64,000 nucleotides of DNA from a virus (IMGVR_UViG_3300031576_000007:32001-96000), one strand, 5' to 3'. Shown: positions 1 through 8,918, numbered from the stretch's first letter. A program made the numbers and translations. Notes: generated by a model from the letters alone, not told the origin.

Positions 1-135
1 AAAAACTAATAATTTTTCTGGTGTCAAAAGGAATAGTATCTCAAGGGAAATTATCTAGTATTGTGGGAATTTCACGTTCTGAATTCATATAAAAATATTC
101 TAATTGTATTGCTCTTGTAGAGGAACAATTAAGTA

Positions 136-819
136 GTGAATGAATATAAATTTAAAAGTAAATACAAAAAAAATGTGTGTTTGGATTGCCCTAAGAGAAT
201 CCCCTGTGCCTCGGCGGATTCTATATGCGATCTGATTTCTCCATGTCAAGTGTGTGAAATAAAAGATATATGCACCTCTTTATGTGATCAAATGGGGGGA
301 TATCTTAATAGAGGAAAAACAAAAACAGTAAAAACTGTTTCTATAGAGAATGAAAGATTAGAGAGTCTTTATTCTTTTAAAGTTGCGCAGAGGAAACAAG
401 AGAAAACTATAGTAAGAGAAAAGTTTTCATTTATAGACATCCCTTGGGATGTTATTTCAAAAAGAGATAAAGAAATAGTCCAAAAACATTTCATAGAAGA
501 TAAGAGCTACGAAGATATAGCCAAAGAATTTAATCTTGGGTCTCAAGCTACTGTTTATGAGATAATTCATGGGACGGGGGATAAACACTCAAGAGGAGCT
601 TTAAGAAAGTTACAAGAATTTGCCGAGTATAGAAGATTATTAAGAAAATATGGAAGATTTCTATCTACCTCCGTGTATAATACTCTGACAAGTTATTATA
701 CTAATTGTTTCTCTATAGAAGAAACAAGAATAGCTGATGAAAGCTATAAACAGGCGTATAATAGATTTTTGAAGGCTAAAAAATTAATAGACAAGTTTAA
801 AGGAGTTGAACGTGACTAA
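136..819 (+). CDS. Putative transcription regulator / sigma-factor-like protein: N-terminal Cys-rich domain plus sigma70 region-4-like HTH
   Basis: Cys clusters CLDCPKRIPC and CQVCEIKDICTSLC; ISKRDKEIVQKHFIEDKSYEDIAKEFNLGSQATV resembles a sigma r4 HTH. Confidence 0.6.
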   Translation: MNEYKFKSKYKKNVCLDCPKRIPCASADSICDLISPCQVCEIKDICTSLCDQMGGYLNRGKTKTVKTVSIENERLESLYSFKVAQRKQEKTIVREKFSFIDIPWDVISKRDKEIVQKHFIEDKSYEDIAKEFNLGSQATVYEIIHGTGDKHSRGALRKLQEFAEYRRLLRKYGRFLSTSVYNTLTSYYTNCFSIEETRIADESYKQAYNRFLKAKKLIDKFKGVERD

Positions 820-1045
820 AGTGGAGTTTACTGAATTTCTTGCTGAGCTAATTACAGAAGTTAAGGAATTAGATACAGTTGATGAAGTGATTGATCTTTT
901 GAATGAGAGATTAGATGCAGATATAGAAGATATAGGTATACAAAAGGAACTTAAATTCAGAGAGTCATTATCTAGAGAAAATGAAGATCCAGACTATGAA
1001 TCAGAACTTGAATCAATAGAAAAAGATTTTGAGAATGATTTTTAA
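806..1045 (+). CDS. Small acidic hypothetical protein
   Basis: 79 aa ORF coupled to upstream gene, very D/E rich. Confidence 0.6.
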   Translation: MNVTKVEFTEFLAELITEVKELDTVDEVIDLLNERLDADIEDIGIQKELKFRESLSRENEDPDYESELESIEKDFENDF

Positions 1046-1063
1046 TAATATTCGGGGGATTTA

Positions 1064-3895
1064 ATGTCTTATCCTTTTAGAAATGAACTATCAGAATTCG
1101 TGTTCTATCGGACCTATGCGAGGTGGTTAGATAGAGAAAAACGAAGAGAAACTTGGGATGAAGTTACAGAAAGATATTTTAACAATGTAATAAATAAGCA
1201 TAAGGACACAGTTCCTAGAAAGATACAGGCAGAAATAAAAGATAATATTTTTAAAATGGCTTCCATGCCCTCTATGAGAGGGTTGTGGTGTGCTGGTCCA
1301 GCTCTAGATATATCGAATGTGTGCTTGTTTAATTGCTCATATTTGCCTATAAAAGATTTATTTTCATTTGCTGAAATGTTGTATATACTATGCTGCGGGA
1401 CAGGTGTAGGTTTTAGTGTGGAAGAAGAAAACATAACCCAACTTCCTGAAATACAGAGACAAACTAGTGCAGGTGCAGGAATACACGAGGTTGAAGATTC
1501 TAAAGAAGGATGGGCGGATTCTTTAATGGCTGGTCTAGAAACGTGGTTTTCAGGTAAAGATATAGAATTTAATTATGATAAAATAAGACCTAGAGGGGCT
1601 AGACTGATAACATTCGGGGGCAGAGCTTCAGGCCCAGAACCTTTAAAGAGACTTCATGAATTTTCAAAAAAGATTATACTAGAAGCCCAAGGTAGAAAAC
1701 TAACCAGTCTTGAATGTCATGATATATGTTGTAAAATTGCCGAAATCGTTGTAGTTGGTGGGGTGAGACGTTCAAGCCTAGCAAGTTTTAGCGATTTAAA
1801 TGACGAGTTACTAATGAAAGCTAAAAATCCTCCTTTTCCTTCTCATAGGTATATGAGTAATAATTCTGCTGTCTACACTAAAAAACCAGATAGTGTTACT
1901 TTCATGAGAGAGTGGTATAATTTGGCGGCATCTGGGACAGGGGAACGGGGTATATATAATATACCTAATTTAAGTAATTATGCACCTAGAAGAATTTTTA
2001 CAGGTAAGGAGAGAAGCAATCCTTGTTTCGAAATTATATTGAAGCCATTCGAATTTTGTGTAGCCGGGGATACTCCTTTGATTCACAAAACAGGTATTTT
2101 AAATATTAAGAATGCTGTAAACAAGCCCATAGAAATATGGAATGGAGAAAAATGGAGCTTAGTAACTGTACGTAGAACCAGAAGGGACCAAAAACTAGTA
2201 CGAGTAACCTTAACTGATGGTTCTTACTTAGACTGCACTCCAGATCATAGGTTTTCAGTTAAAACAAGATTTATGAAATATTTTAAAGAAGTTCCTGCAA
2301 GTAGACTATTAAATAGCGATTATTCTTTACAATGTGAAAATTTTTCAATAGATAATATAGGAGGAATTAGAGCAGAAGACGCATATGATATTGGATTCTC
2401 CGTTGGGGACGGTTTTATACAAAAAAATATGGTGTATGCTAACTTATATGGAGAAAAAGATAAAAAATGCCCAATTAAGGGGATTCGTTATAAAGAATAT
2501 CTTCCTAAAGGATATAGTGTGTCTAAAATAAGAATTAAAACAGGTTTAGACGCTACACTCATTTCTTCGCTTAAAACAGATTCTAATGCTAGTGATATTT
2601 TATTTACATGGGATAGGCCCTCTGTTTTGAAATTTATAGCTGGTTTAGCTGACGCTGATGGATCAGAAACAAAAACAGGTGGCATACGCATTTATATAAG
2701 TGACGAAAAAAGAGTACGAAAGTTTCAACTTCTATTAACTAAAAATGGTATTAGATCTTCTGTTAATCTTTTACAGAAAAAAGGAACCAGAACCAATTTA
2801 TCAGTCCGTAAAAAAGATTTATGGTACTTACAGATTACAGAGTGCAATGAAATTCCTTGTTTTAGATTAGATACTTCGGGGGGGCATAAAACTAAATATA
2901 AAGGAAAATACCAAAATATAAAATCAGTTGTTTTATTGAGGGGGTTACATGATACATATTGTTTTAATGAACCAGAAAAACACAAAGGAGTATTTTCAAA
3001 TGTGTTAACCTATCAATGTAATCTATCAGACGTTGTTGTAAGGGCATCAGATTCATTTGATGATTTGGTAGATAAGGTTAGAGCAGCTACTTGGATCTGC
3101 GCTATCCAATCAACTTTTACTAATTTTAAATATATACGATCAGAATGGAAAAGCAACTGTGACGAAGAAAGGCTACTTGGGGTTTCATTAACAGGCCAGT
3201 TAGATAATCCAAAACTACTTAGCGAGGAAAAATTACAGATATTGAAAGAATATTCTATAAAAACAGCTAAAAAAGCAGCGGAAGCACTAAAGATAAATTT
3301 ATCGGCAGCTATAACAACAACCAAACCAAGTGGCACTGTTTCTCAATTAGTTGATTCAGCATCAGGGTGTCATCCAAGATACTCTAAATTTTATACAAGA
3401 AGGGTACGAATTTCTGATACAGATCCTTTATTTAAAATGATGAGAGCGCAGGGGGTCAAATTTGAACCAGAAGTAGATCAGGACCCTAAAAATCCGGATA
3501 CCTGGGTAGTCTCTTTTCCTGTTAAATCACCTAAAAATTCTATAACTAGGGATGAGATGACGGCTATTGAACAACTTAACTGGTATAGGAAACTTCAAAA
3601 TAATTGGTCTGAGCATAATAATAGTGTTACAATTTATGTAAAAGAAAACGAATGGCCAGAAGTCGGATCATATGTTTATAAACATTTTGATGAAATAGTT
3701 GGGGTAAGTTTTTTACCTTATGATGGTGGTAAATATAAATTGGCTCCTTATGAAATGATAACTGAAGAGGAATATAACAAAAATAAGGAAAAATTCCCAA
3801 AAATAAATTATTCTGACCTTTATAAGTATGAGGAAGAAGATAATACTGAAGGAGCTAAATCATACGCTTGTATAGGAGATCGTTGCGAGATATGA
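1064..3895 (+). CDS. nrdJ: Class II (adenosylcobalamin-dependent) ribonucleotide reductase, intein-containing
   Basis: FNCSY, VVVGGVRRS, NPCFEI, F|CNLS, TTTKPSGTVSQL, WSEHNNSVT and C-terminal CIGDRCEI Cys pair; no radical-generating beta subunit gene nearby. Confidence 0.93.
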   Translation: MSYPFRNELSEFVFYRTYARWLDREKRRETWDEVTERYFNNVINKHKDTVPRKIQAEIKDNIFKMASMPSMRGLWCAGPALDISNVCLFNCSYLPIKDLFSFAEMLYILCCGTGVGFSVEEENITQLPEIQRQTSAGAGIHEVEDSKEGWADSLMAGLETWFSGKDIEFNYDKIRPRGARLITFGGRASGPEPLKRLHEFSKKIILEAQGRKLTSLECHDICCKIAEIVVVGGVRRSSLASFSDLNDELLMKAKNPPFPSHRYMSNNSAVYTKKPDSVTFMREWYNLAASGTGERGIYNIPNLSNYAPRRIFTGKERSNPCFEIILKPFEFCVAGDTPLIHKTGILNIKNAVNKPIEIWNGEKWSLVTVRRTRRDQKLVRVTLTDGSYLDCTPDHRFSVKTRFMKYFKEVPASRLLNSDYSLQCENFSIDNIGGIRAEDAYDIGFSVGDGFIQKNMVYANLYGEKDKKCPIKGIRYKEYLPKGYSVSKIRIKTGLDATLISSLKTDSNASDILFTWDRPSVLKFIAGLADADGSETKTGGIRIYISDEKRVRKFQLLLTKNGIRSSVNLLQKKGTRTNLSVRKKDLWYLQITECNEIPCFRLDTSGGHKTKYKGKYQNIKSVVLLRGLHDTYCFNEPEKHKGVFSNVLTYQCNLSDVVVRASDSFDDLVDKVRAATWICAIQSTFTNFKYIRSEWKSNCDEERLLGVSLTGQLDNPKLLSEEKLQILKEYSIKTAKKAAEALKINLSAAITTTKPSGTVSQLVDSASGCHPRYSKFYTRRVRISDTDPLFKMMRAQGVKFEPEVDQDPKNPDTWVVSFPVKSPKNSITRDEMTAIEQLNWYRKLQNNWSEHNNSVTIYVKENEWPEVGSYVYKHFDEIVGVSFLPYDGGKYKLAPYEMITEEEYNKNKEKFPKINYSDLYKYEEEDNTEGAKSYACIGDRCEI
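2057..3016 (+). mobile_element. Intein (320 aa) with LAGLIDADG homing endonuclease in nrdJ
   Basis: Starts CVAGDT after PFEF; block B CTPDH; FIAGLADADG; ends VLTYQ before CNLS; removing it restores PFEFCNLS. Confidence 0.9.
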
Positions 3896-4401
3896 TAGCT
3901 GATTTTATAAAAAACTGGTGTGAAAAGCACAGTAGAAAGTTTATTATCTACGACCGAGCGCAAGGAAGTAAACAAGTATATCTTATTAGATATGTTATCT
4001 TCAAATGTAAGTGGTTTGGTGTATATTTACACGAGTTTTTTAAGTCTGATGAAGAAGTACTTCATGATCACCCTTGGGATTTCGTTACTTTAATTCTAAA
4101 AGGCTCTTATAAAGAAGAAATTTTAAGTAAAGAAAAAAAACGTTGGACTTCTGTTTACGGATGGATAAAAAAATTTAGAACTGTAAAAAAGGGTCAATTT
4201 TTATTTAGGAAAGCTAAACATATACACAGAGTTATTTTAACTGATAATAACCCAATAACTTTAAGCGTACTATTTAGGAAAAAAAGAGAATGGGGGTTCT
4301 GGGAACCGATTCCAACAGCTGAATTCCACCTACAAAACTACAAATGGAAACATTGGCGTGATTTTTTAAATATTAAAACTGGTGAAAATAAAAAACAATG
4401 A
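3892..4401 (+). CDS. Cupin-fold protein (conserved phage family)
   Basis: HDHPWDFVTLILKGSYKE ... HIHRV ... REWGFW; ATG 3892 overlaps the nrdJ stop (ATGA). Confidence 0.7.
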   Translation: MIADFIKNWCEKHSRKFIIYDRAQGSKQVYLIRYVIFKCKWFGVYLHEFFKSDEEVLHDHPWDFVTLILKGSYKEEILSKEKKRWTSVYGWIKKFRTVKKGQFLFRKAKHIHRVILTDNNPITLSVLFRKKREWGFWEPIPTAEFHLQNYKWKHWRDFLNIKTGENKKQ

Positions 4402-4847
4402 ACAGAAAACTAGATAGATTTTTGGTAAAGAGATTCCAGTCTATATTTGCCCAGAGATATCAAGATATGACTACCACTGCTATGTGCTGGGGCTTCATGT
4501 GTGGTGATGGTTGGGCAAGGCTCATATATGATCTTTGCTTAAAGATAGAACTTCTAGAAAAGACTTTCGGTATAGTAATTGAAGCTAGTCAGGTTAAGGA
4601 GAAGTATGGGCTATTGTGTTTTTATGTGTATTCGGATTATACTAAAGTTTCTAATGCGAAGCTTGGTAAAATGTTATGCAGTATGGTTAGTGATTTGATT
4701 TGTTCTGCGGAAGATAGAAGTGGTCAGTTGTGCGAAGTTTGCGGGGATTACGGGCAGGTTTACCCAGGTAGCTGGATTGTAACGAGGTGCGAGGATTGTG
4801 CTTTAGAAGAAGGTAGGGTTCTTGTGGATGAAAGCGAGCTACCATAA
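4398..4847 (+). CDS. Conserved phage hypothetical protein with C-terminal zinc finger
   Basis: GDGW, QVKEKYG, CEVCG...TRCEDC motifs. Confidence 0.7.
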   Translation: MNRKLDRFLVKRFQSIFAQRYQDMTTTAMCWGFMCGDGWARLIYDLCLKIELLEKTFGIVIEASQVKEKYGLLCFYVYSDYTKVSNAKLGKMLCSMVSDLICSAEDRSGQLCEVCGDYGQVYPGSWIVTRCEDCALEEGRVLVDESELP

Positions 4848-4850
4848 GAT

Positions 4851-5160
4851 CTTATTGGGCTGTGTACCCAATAAGTGTAGTTACTAGTTAACCTATGAAA
4901 CTAGACGTTTTAAGGAAACGTAAATTCCTGTCGGCATTGGTAGTTGGCCCAAAACTAATTACCACAGATTTAACTACTGCATCGTCAGCCTACGCGAGGA
5001 CTGTAACGGTGGCTATGCTGAAATAGCGATGTTTTACTCTTTTCCATAGTGCTATACCGAGAAAGAGACGCCAGGTACGATATGATCAAAAGAAACTAGA
5101 CAAAATTTGTATGTCTAGCACATCTAACCCCGGATGCAGTAATTAATATTGAAATCAATA
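4851..5160. other. Highly structured non-coding element (candidate ncRNA or replication origin)
   Basis: At least 8 inverted repeats, including a 13-bp long-range stem 4971-4983/5133-5145. Confidence 0.5.
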
Positions 5161-5179
5161 AGTTATAAAACCGTGCTTT

Positions 5180-5207
5180 ACTATAAACTATAAACTATCA
5201 ACTAAAG
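5180..5207 (+). repeat. Four tandem heptamer repeats (ACTATAA, ACTATAA, ACTATCA, ACTAAAG)
   Basis: Read directly from sequence. Confidence 0.75.
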
Positions 5208-5214
5208 AAATTAA

Positions 5215-5244
5215 ATGACTTTACCTAATAAAGTGTGGTATAAT
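5215..5244 (+). promoter_or_regulatory. Sigma70-type extended -10 promoter
   Basis: TG-G-TATAAT at 5236-5244; weak -35 ATGACT at 5215-5220. Confidence 0.65.
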
Positions 5245-5255
5245 AAGGAATATAA

Positions 5256-5546
5256 ATACCAAACATAAAACTAATAGAGGACAAACAATTTAAAATTTTA
5301 AGGATATTATGTAGTTGTCTAGCCCCAGAGCACACATATGACATAATAGTTGATAAAGAATTTGGTTTCACAGAGATCGCTCATAATTTAAATAAAGATC
5401 TAAATGAGCCATGTCTTAGTAGATTAAAAAATGCATTCAAGTATGTTTTAGGAAAATCATTATTGGTTTCAGGACTTGTCTTAGAAAAAGAAGATGTAGA
5501 GGAAATGATTAAGTTCTTACAAGAAAATGTAAAAGGTATGAAATGA
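5256..5546 (+). CDS. Conserved-type phage hypothetical protein missed by the ORF track (no ATG/GTG/TTG near 5' end; probable ATA start)
   Basis: 96-codon open frame: IPNIKLIEDKQFKILRILCSCLAPEH...SRLKNAFKYVLG...MIKFLQENVKGMK; stop overlaps next ATG (ATGA). Confidence 0.65.
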   Translation: MPNIKLIEDKQFKILRILCSCLAPEHTYDIIVDKEFGFTEIAHNLNKDLNEPCLSRLKNAFKYVLGKSLLVSGLVLEKEDVEEMIKFLQENVKGMK

Positions 5547-6064
5547 CTGAAGAGTTAAAAACTCCTGAAAAGGAAGAAGAAAAAGAAAAGCAGTGGACTT
5601 CTGCGGATTGGTTCTTAAACCCAGAAGTTCTTTATCTTAAGCCTGAAGAGTGTAGAGAAGTTACCCTAAACCCAGGGTATGAAGTAGAGTGGTTTAGAAA
5701 GACTTATTTAAACAAAGGGGAATTAGTTCTTACCAAGAAGGAGTATAGATCAGATCTTCCTAGAAATCTTAAAGGCAAGATCATAGCTGTCACAGCTGCT
5801 CCTATTATAAGGAAAGACGATTTTAACAGAATGGTTGAACGACAACCATATATAAGTTTACAAAAGTTTCTTAAACCTAAACCGCTTGGCAAGTATTATG
5901 AGCTGTTTAAAGCTGATACTAGTGAGTATCAAGAATGGGTTGGCCCGCATGAGTATATCGAAGATAGACGAAAAAATAAAAAAGTACATAGAACTTCTGA
6001 TGAAAACAAGAGTGGATCTAGAAAACCTCAAGAAAGAGCCTTCCTCGTTGTTAAGATTAAGTAA
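5543..6064 (+). CDS. Hypothetical protein
   Basis: 173 aa ORF in operon. Confidence 0.65.
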   Translation: MTEELKTPEKEEEKEKQWTSADWFLNPEVLYLKPEECREVTLNPGYEVEWFRKTYLNKGELVLTKKEYRSDLPRNLKGKIIAVTAAPIIRKDDFNRMVERQPYISLQKFLKPKPLGKYYELFKADTSEYQEWVGPHEYIEDRRKNKKVHRTSDENKSGSRKPQERAFLVVKIK

Positions 6065-6158
6065 AGGAATGGCAACTCTCCCAGAATTAAAAGAAAGAGT
6101 AGTTAATTATAGAACTTTTTTAGCAGATCTTATAGAAATAAAGAAAAAAGATGAGTGA
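5949..6158 (+). CDS. Small helical hypothetical protein
   Basis: MSISKIDEKIKKYIELL...; stop overlaps the exonuclease start; overlaps 3' end of upstream ORF. Confidence 0.5.
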   Translation: MSISKIDEKIKKYIELLMKTRVDLENLKKEPSSLLRLSKGMATLPELKERVVNYRTFLADLIEIKKKDE

Positions 6159-7296
6159 AATAAAAAAATATACTATGTCCCACAGCCGAGCTTCCACTTG
6201 GCTTGAGTGCCCTGAAAAAGAGCATCTTAGATATGTTGAACACGTAGAACCTAAAGAATATGGGTCTAGCTTGGCTTTTGGTATAGCCATAGACATTGCT
6301 GTAAGTCATCTTCTTAAACTACACAAAGAAGGTAAAACACAGGAGGGTATTAACTCACTAAAAAGTATTTTTCTTGACGATAAAGAAAAAGGGTGGAAAT
6401 TATCTTTTTCGGCTCCTGGAATAAAATTTACAAAAACTGATTTAGATATGTCTGTGTTAGTATCTAAGGAAGATAAAGATTTAATTGAGTTTTGGGAAAC
6501 ATCTCTCAATACAAAGCTAGAAGATGCTGTAACTGCAAAAAGACAACAAGAATACAAAGAAATGACTGAAGAAGAGATTACTATTCTTCATCATGCAACT
6601 TGGTTGTCCTTGAGGAATAAAGGATATTTGATGCTAGATGCATTTGTTAGAGAGGTACTACCAAAAATAAAGAAAGTCATAGCAATTCAACATAAAATTG
6701 AGGGGACTATCGAGGGAGATAAGGATGCAAAGGGGTATATTGATTTTATTGTTGAGTTTGATGGTCATAGTACCCCAGTGGTTTTTGATCTCAAAACTTC
6801 TGCTTACTTTTATGATAGTAATGCAGTATTTCTTTCACCACAGCTCACACTTTATGCTAGTGCTGTAGGAAGTTCATTGGGCACAGAATTAGCTGGATTC
6901 ATAGTTTTATTGAAAAGTATGGGGGGCACGTCAGTATGTGAAAAATGTCTCTATAAAAAAGAAAAAGGAAGTAGATTTAAGTCATGTAATAGGATCATTC
7001 CTTTAGATGTAGATACTAATGTCGGGGAAAGATGTAATGGGGTTTGGATAGAAATACCTGAAGCAAATGTGCAGATTTTAGTAGATAAAGTTCCTGTTAA
7101 ACGCCAAGATCAGTATTTAAACAGCTTTGTTAATTTAACAACATTGGCTAGTCAGGGCCTCAGAATTCAAAATTGGAATTCATGTAAAGGAAAATTTGGA
7201 ATATGTGATTTCTACAGACTTTGTCATTTTTCCGATACTTCAGATTATAAATTTGCGGATAAGGAATCAGAAGAGCGGGTAAAACATAGAACATGA
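6151..7296 (+). CDS. PD-(D/E)XK exonuclease (RecB/Cas4-like), probable Fe-S staple
   Basis: SHSRASTWLECP, GYIDFI, VFDLKTS, QLTLYA and C-terminal CKGKFGICDFYRLC. Confidence 0.85.
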   Translation: MSEIKKYTMSHSRASTWLECPEKEHLRYVEHVEPKEYGSSLAFGIAIDIAVSHLLKLHKEGKTQEGINSLKSIFLDDKEKGWKLSFSAPGIKFTKTDLDMSVLVSKEDKDLIEFWETSLNTKLEDAVTAKRQQEYKEMTEEEITILHHATWLSLRNKGYLMLDAFVREVLPKIKKVIAIQHKIEGTIEGDKDAKGYIDFIVEFDGHSTPVVFDLKTSAYFYDSNAVFLSPQLTLYASAVGSSLGTELAGFIVLLKSMGGTSVCEKCLYKKEKGSRFKSCNRIIPLDVDTNVGERCNGVWIEIPEANVQILVDKVPVKRQDQYLNSFVNLTTLASQGLRIQNWNSCKGKFGICDFYRLCHFSDTSDYKFADKESEERVKHRT

Positions 7297-8089
7297 ATTT
7301 TAAAAAATGTAATAAATGCGAAAAAGTTAAAGAATATTCTTTTTTTTATAAGTCTAAAACACTTAAAGAGGGGGGGGGAGTTCTTGCAAAAAATGTCTTA
7401 AAATATATAGAAAACTTGGTTATTTTATAAATAGTGCGGGAAACCATATAATAAAACGCAGGAAAACTAAAAAATGTGGGATTTGTAAAAAACACCAAAA
7501 AATATATCAATTTTACATTAGAAATGTTAAATATAAATCTAAAAAAGATGGAAATATAAAGATTTACAAAGCTCGTGTTTCTTATTGTAATACATGCCAC
7601 AAGTTAGGAATTAAAAAACATCATTACAAAGTATGGAGAAAAGAGTACAAAAAAGCTATAACTGCTAAATGACCCATAGCTCGAAGAAACGCAAGAGTTA
7701 GTAATCATGGTTGGTATCTTTCAAAACAGCAATATTTCGAGCTTATGGCAAAAATGTGTTATTATTGCGAAGGTAAGTTGCCTGTTTATGGAACTGGCTT
7801 AGATAGACTAAACAGCTCAAAAGGATATGAAAATACAAATGTTGTACCTTGTTGCACAGCTTGTAATAGAGTAAGAGGGGCTGTCCTATCAGTAGATAAT
7901 ATGTTAGAAATTAAACAATTTCTAATAAGGTGGAGACTAGAGAGGGAAGAATTAATTGCTGAGCAGATAGTTAAAAAAACTGAAGTTGAGCATACAATAA
8001 CTCAAGAGATTCTACAACAGAAGAGCACAGAGAAATTGTATGATGAATCTTATACATATATGGGTAATTTAGGCTCTATCGTTTATTAA
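7293..8089 (+). pseudogene. Disrupted Zn-finger/HNH homing endonuclease gene
   Basis: MNFKKCNKCEK..., frameshift in G9 tract 7370-7378, in-frame TGA 7670-7672, then CYYC...GLDRLNSSKGYENTNVVPCCTACN. Confidence 0.75.
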
Positions 8090-8198
8090 TGTAGATAGTC
8101 TGAAAAGTAGTATTAGAACATCAAATAGCAGCTTTTTTTATATATATAGGAATCGCCGCTATTATTAGTGCTATATTTAATAAATATGGTTGTGACGA

Positions 8199-8918
8199 TT
8201 GACACAAACAATGAACACTGATATAATGATTATTCAAGGAGAAAAAGTGGAAAATTCTAATTTATATAAGAAACTGTTAAATATTTCAAAGGAAATGGGC
8301 CGTCTTCCTAAGAATGGAAGAAATGATTTTCATAAATATGACTACGTTACCGAAGCTGATGCTCTAGATAAGTTTAGAGAACTTTGTGTAAAGGAAAATA
8401 TTTTTGTTGTACCAGATACTACTTCTATAAATAAAGAAGGTGATTTAACCACAGTAAACGTTAAATATACAGTTATTGATGTAGAAACAGGGGATTCTGT
8501 TGTTCTTAACGTGCCTGGGCAAGGTCAAGATAAGGGGGATAAGGGTGTTTATAAAGCTGCAACTGGATCTTATAAGTATTTTATTCTAAAGGGATTTATG
8601 GTCCCAACTGGGGATGACCCAGAAAGGGACAATAATAGTCATAGGAATGAAAAAGTTGAGAATGAAGCCCCAGCGATAGCTCCTAATACATATAATATGA
8701 GCAGTGCTAGATTTGCTCCATCATCAGGATTTAAACCGGCTGCTAAGACAGTTTCTAGTAGAGTAGAAGAAGCTGATAAAATAGATGAGAAAAAACCTGA
8801 AGAGGTAATTGAAACTTCTCCCATAGTTCCGCCTACACAGAAAACTAAACCGCGTGTTTCTTTTAAGGACAGCCCTTTTATGAAACAGTTTCAACAAGAT
8901 AAGGTTAATAATGGATGA
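8199..8918 (+). CDS. ERF-family single-strand annealing protein
   Basis: KNGRNDFHKYDYV, GQGQDKGDKGVYKAATGSYKYFILKGFMVPTGDDPE; true start probably 8211 or 8226. Confidence 0.88.
   Translation: MTQTMNTDIMIIQGEKVENSNLYKKLLNISKEMGRLPKNGRNDFHKYDYVTEADALDKFRELCVKENIFVVPDTTSINKEGDLTTVNVKYTVIDVETGDSVVLNVPGQGQDKGDKGVYKAATGSYKYFILKGFMVPTGDDPERDNNSHRNEKVENEAPAIAPNTYNMSSARFAPSSGFKPAAKTVSSRVEEADKIDEKKPEEVIETSPIVPPTQKTKPRVSFKDSPFMKQFQQDKVNNG

Noticed and set aside
4895-5026. 43-codon ORF MKLDVLRKRKFLSALVVGPK... inside the structured region
   Set aside because: No RBS or recognisable motif; the dense base-pairing is better explained as a non-coding structure, though coding cannot be fully excluded
4975-5145. 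Hammerhead ribozyme (CTGACGA on - strand) or cobalamin riboswitch (ACTGTAA near B12-dependent nrdJ)
   Set aside because: No correctly placed GAAA core for a hammerhead; no GGGAA/B12-box motifs; the element lies downstream of nrdJ, not in its leader
6151-7296. cas4 / CRISPR-Cas locus
   Set aside because: No repeats-spacers or other cas genes; context is a phage recombination exonuclease
7670-7672. TGA recoded as Trp (alternative genetic code)
   Set aside because: Many genes end in TGA with ATGA coupling, and long genes are uninterrupted in code 11; this is a single-gene lesion
8124-8164. Imperfect inverted repeat AATAGCAGC/GCCGCTATT upstream of ERF
   Set aside because: Long AT loop, a mismatch and no U-tract; too weak to call a terminator or operator
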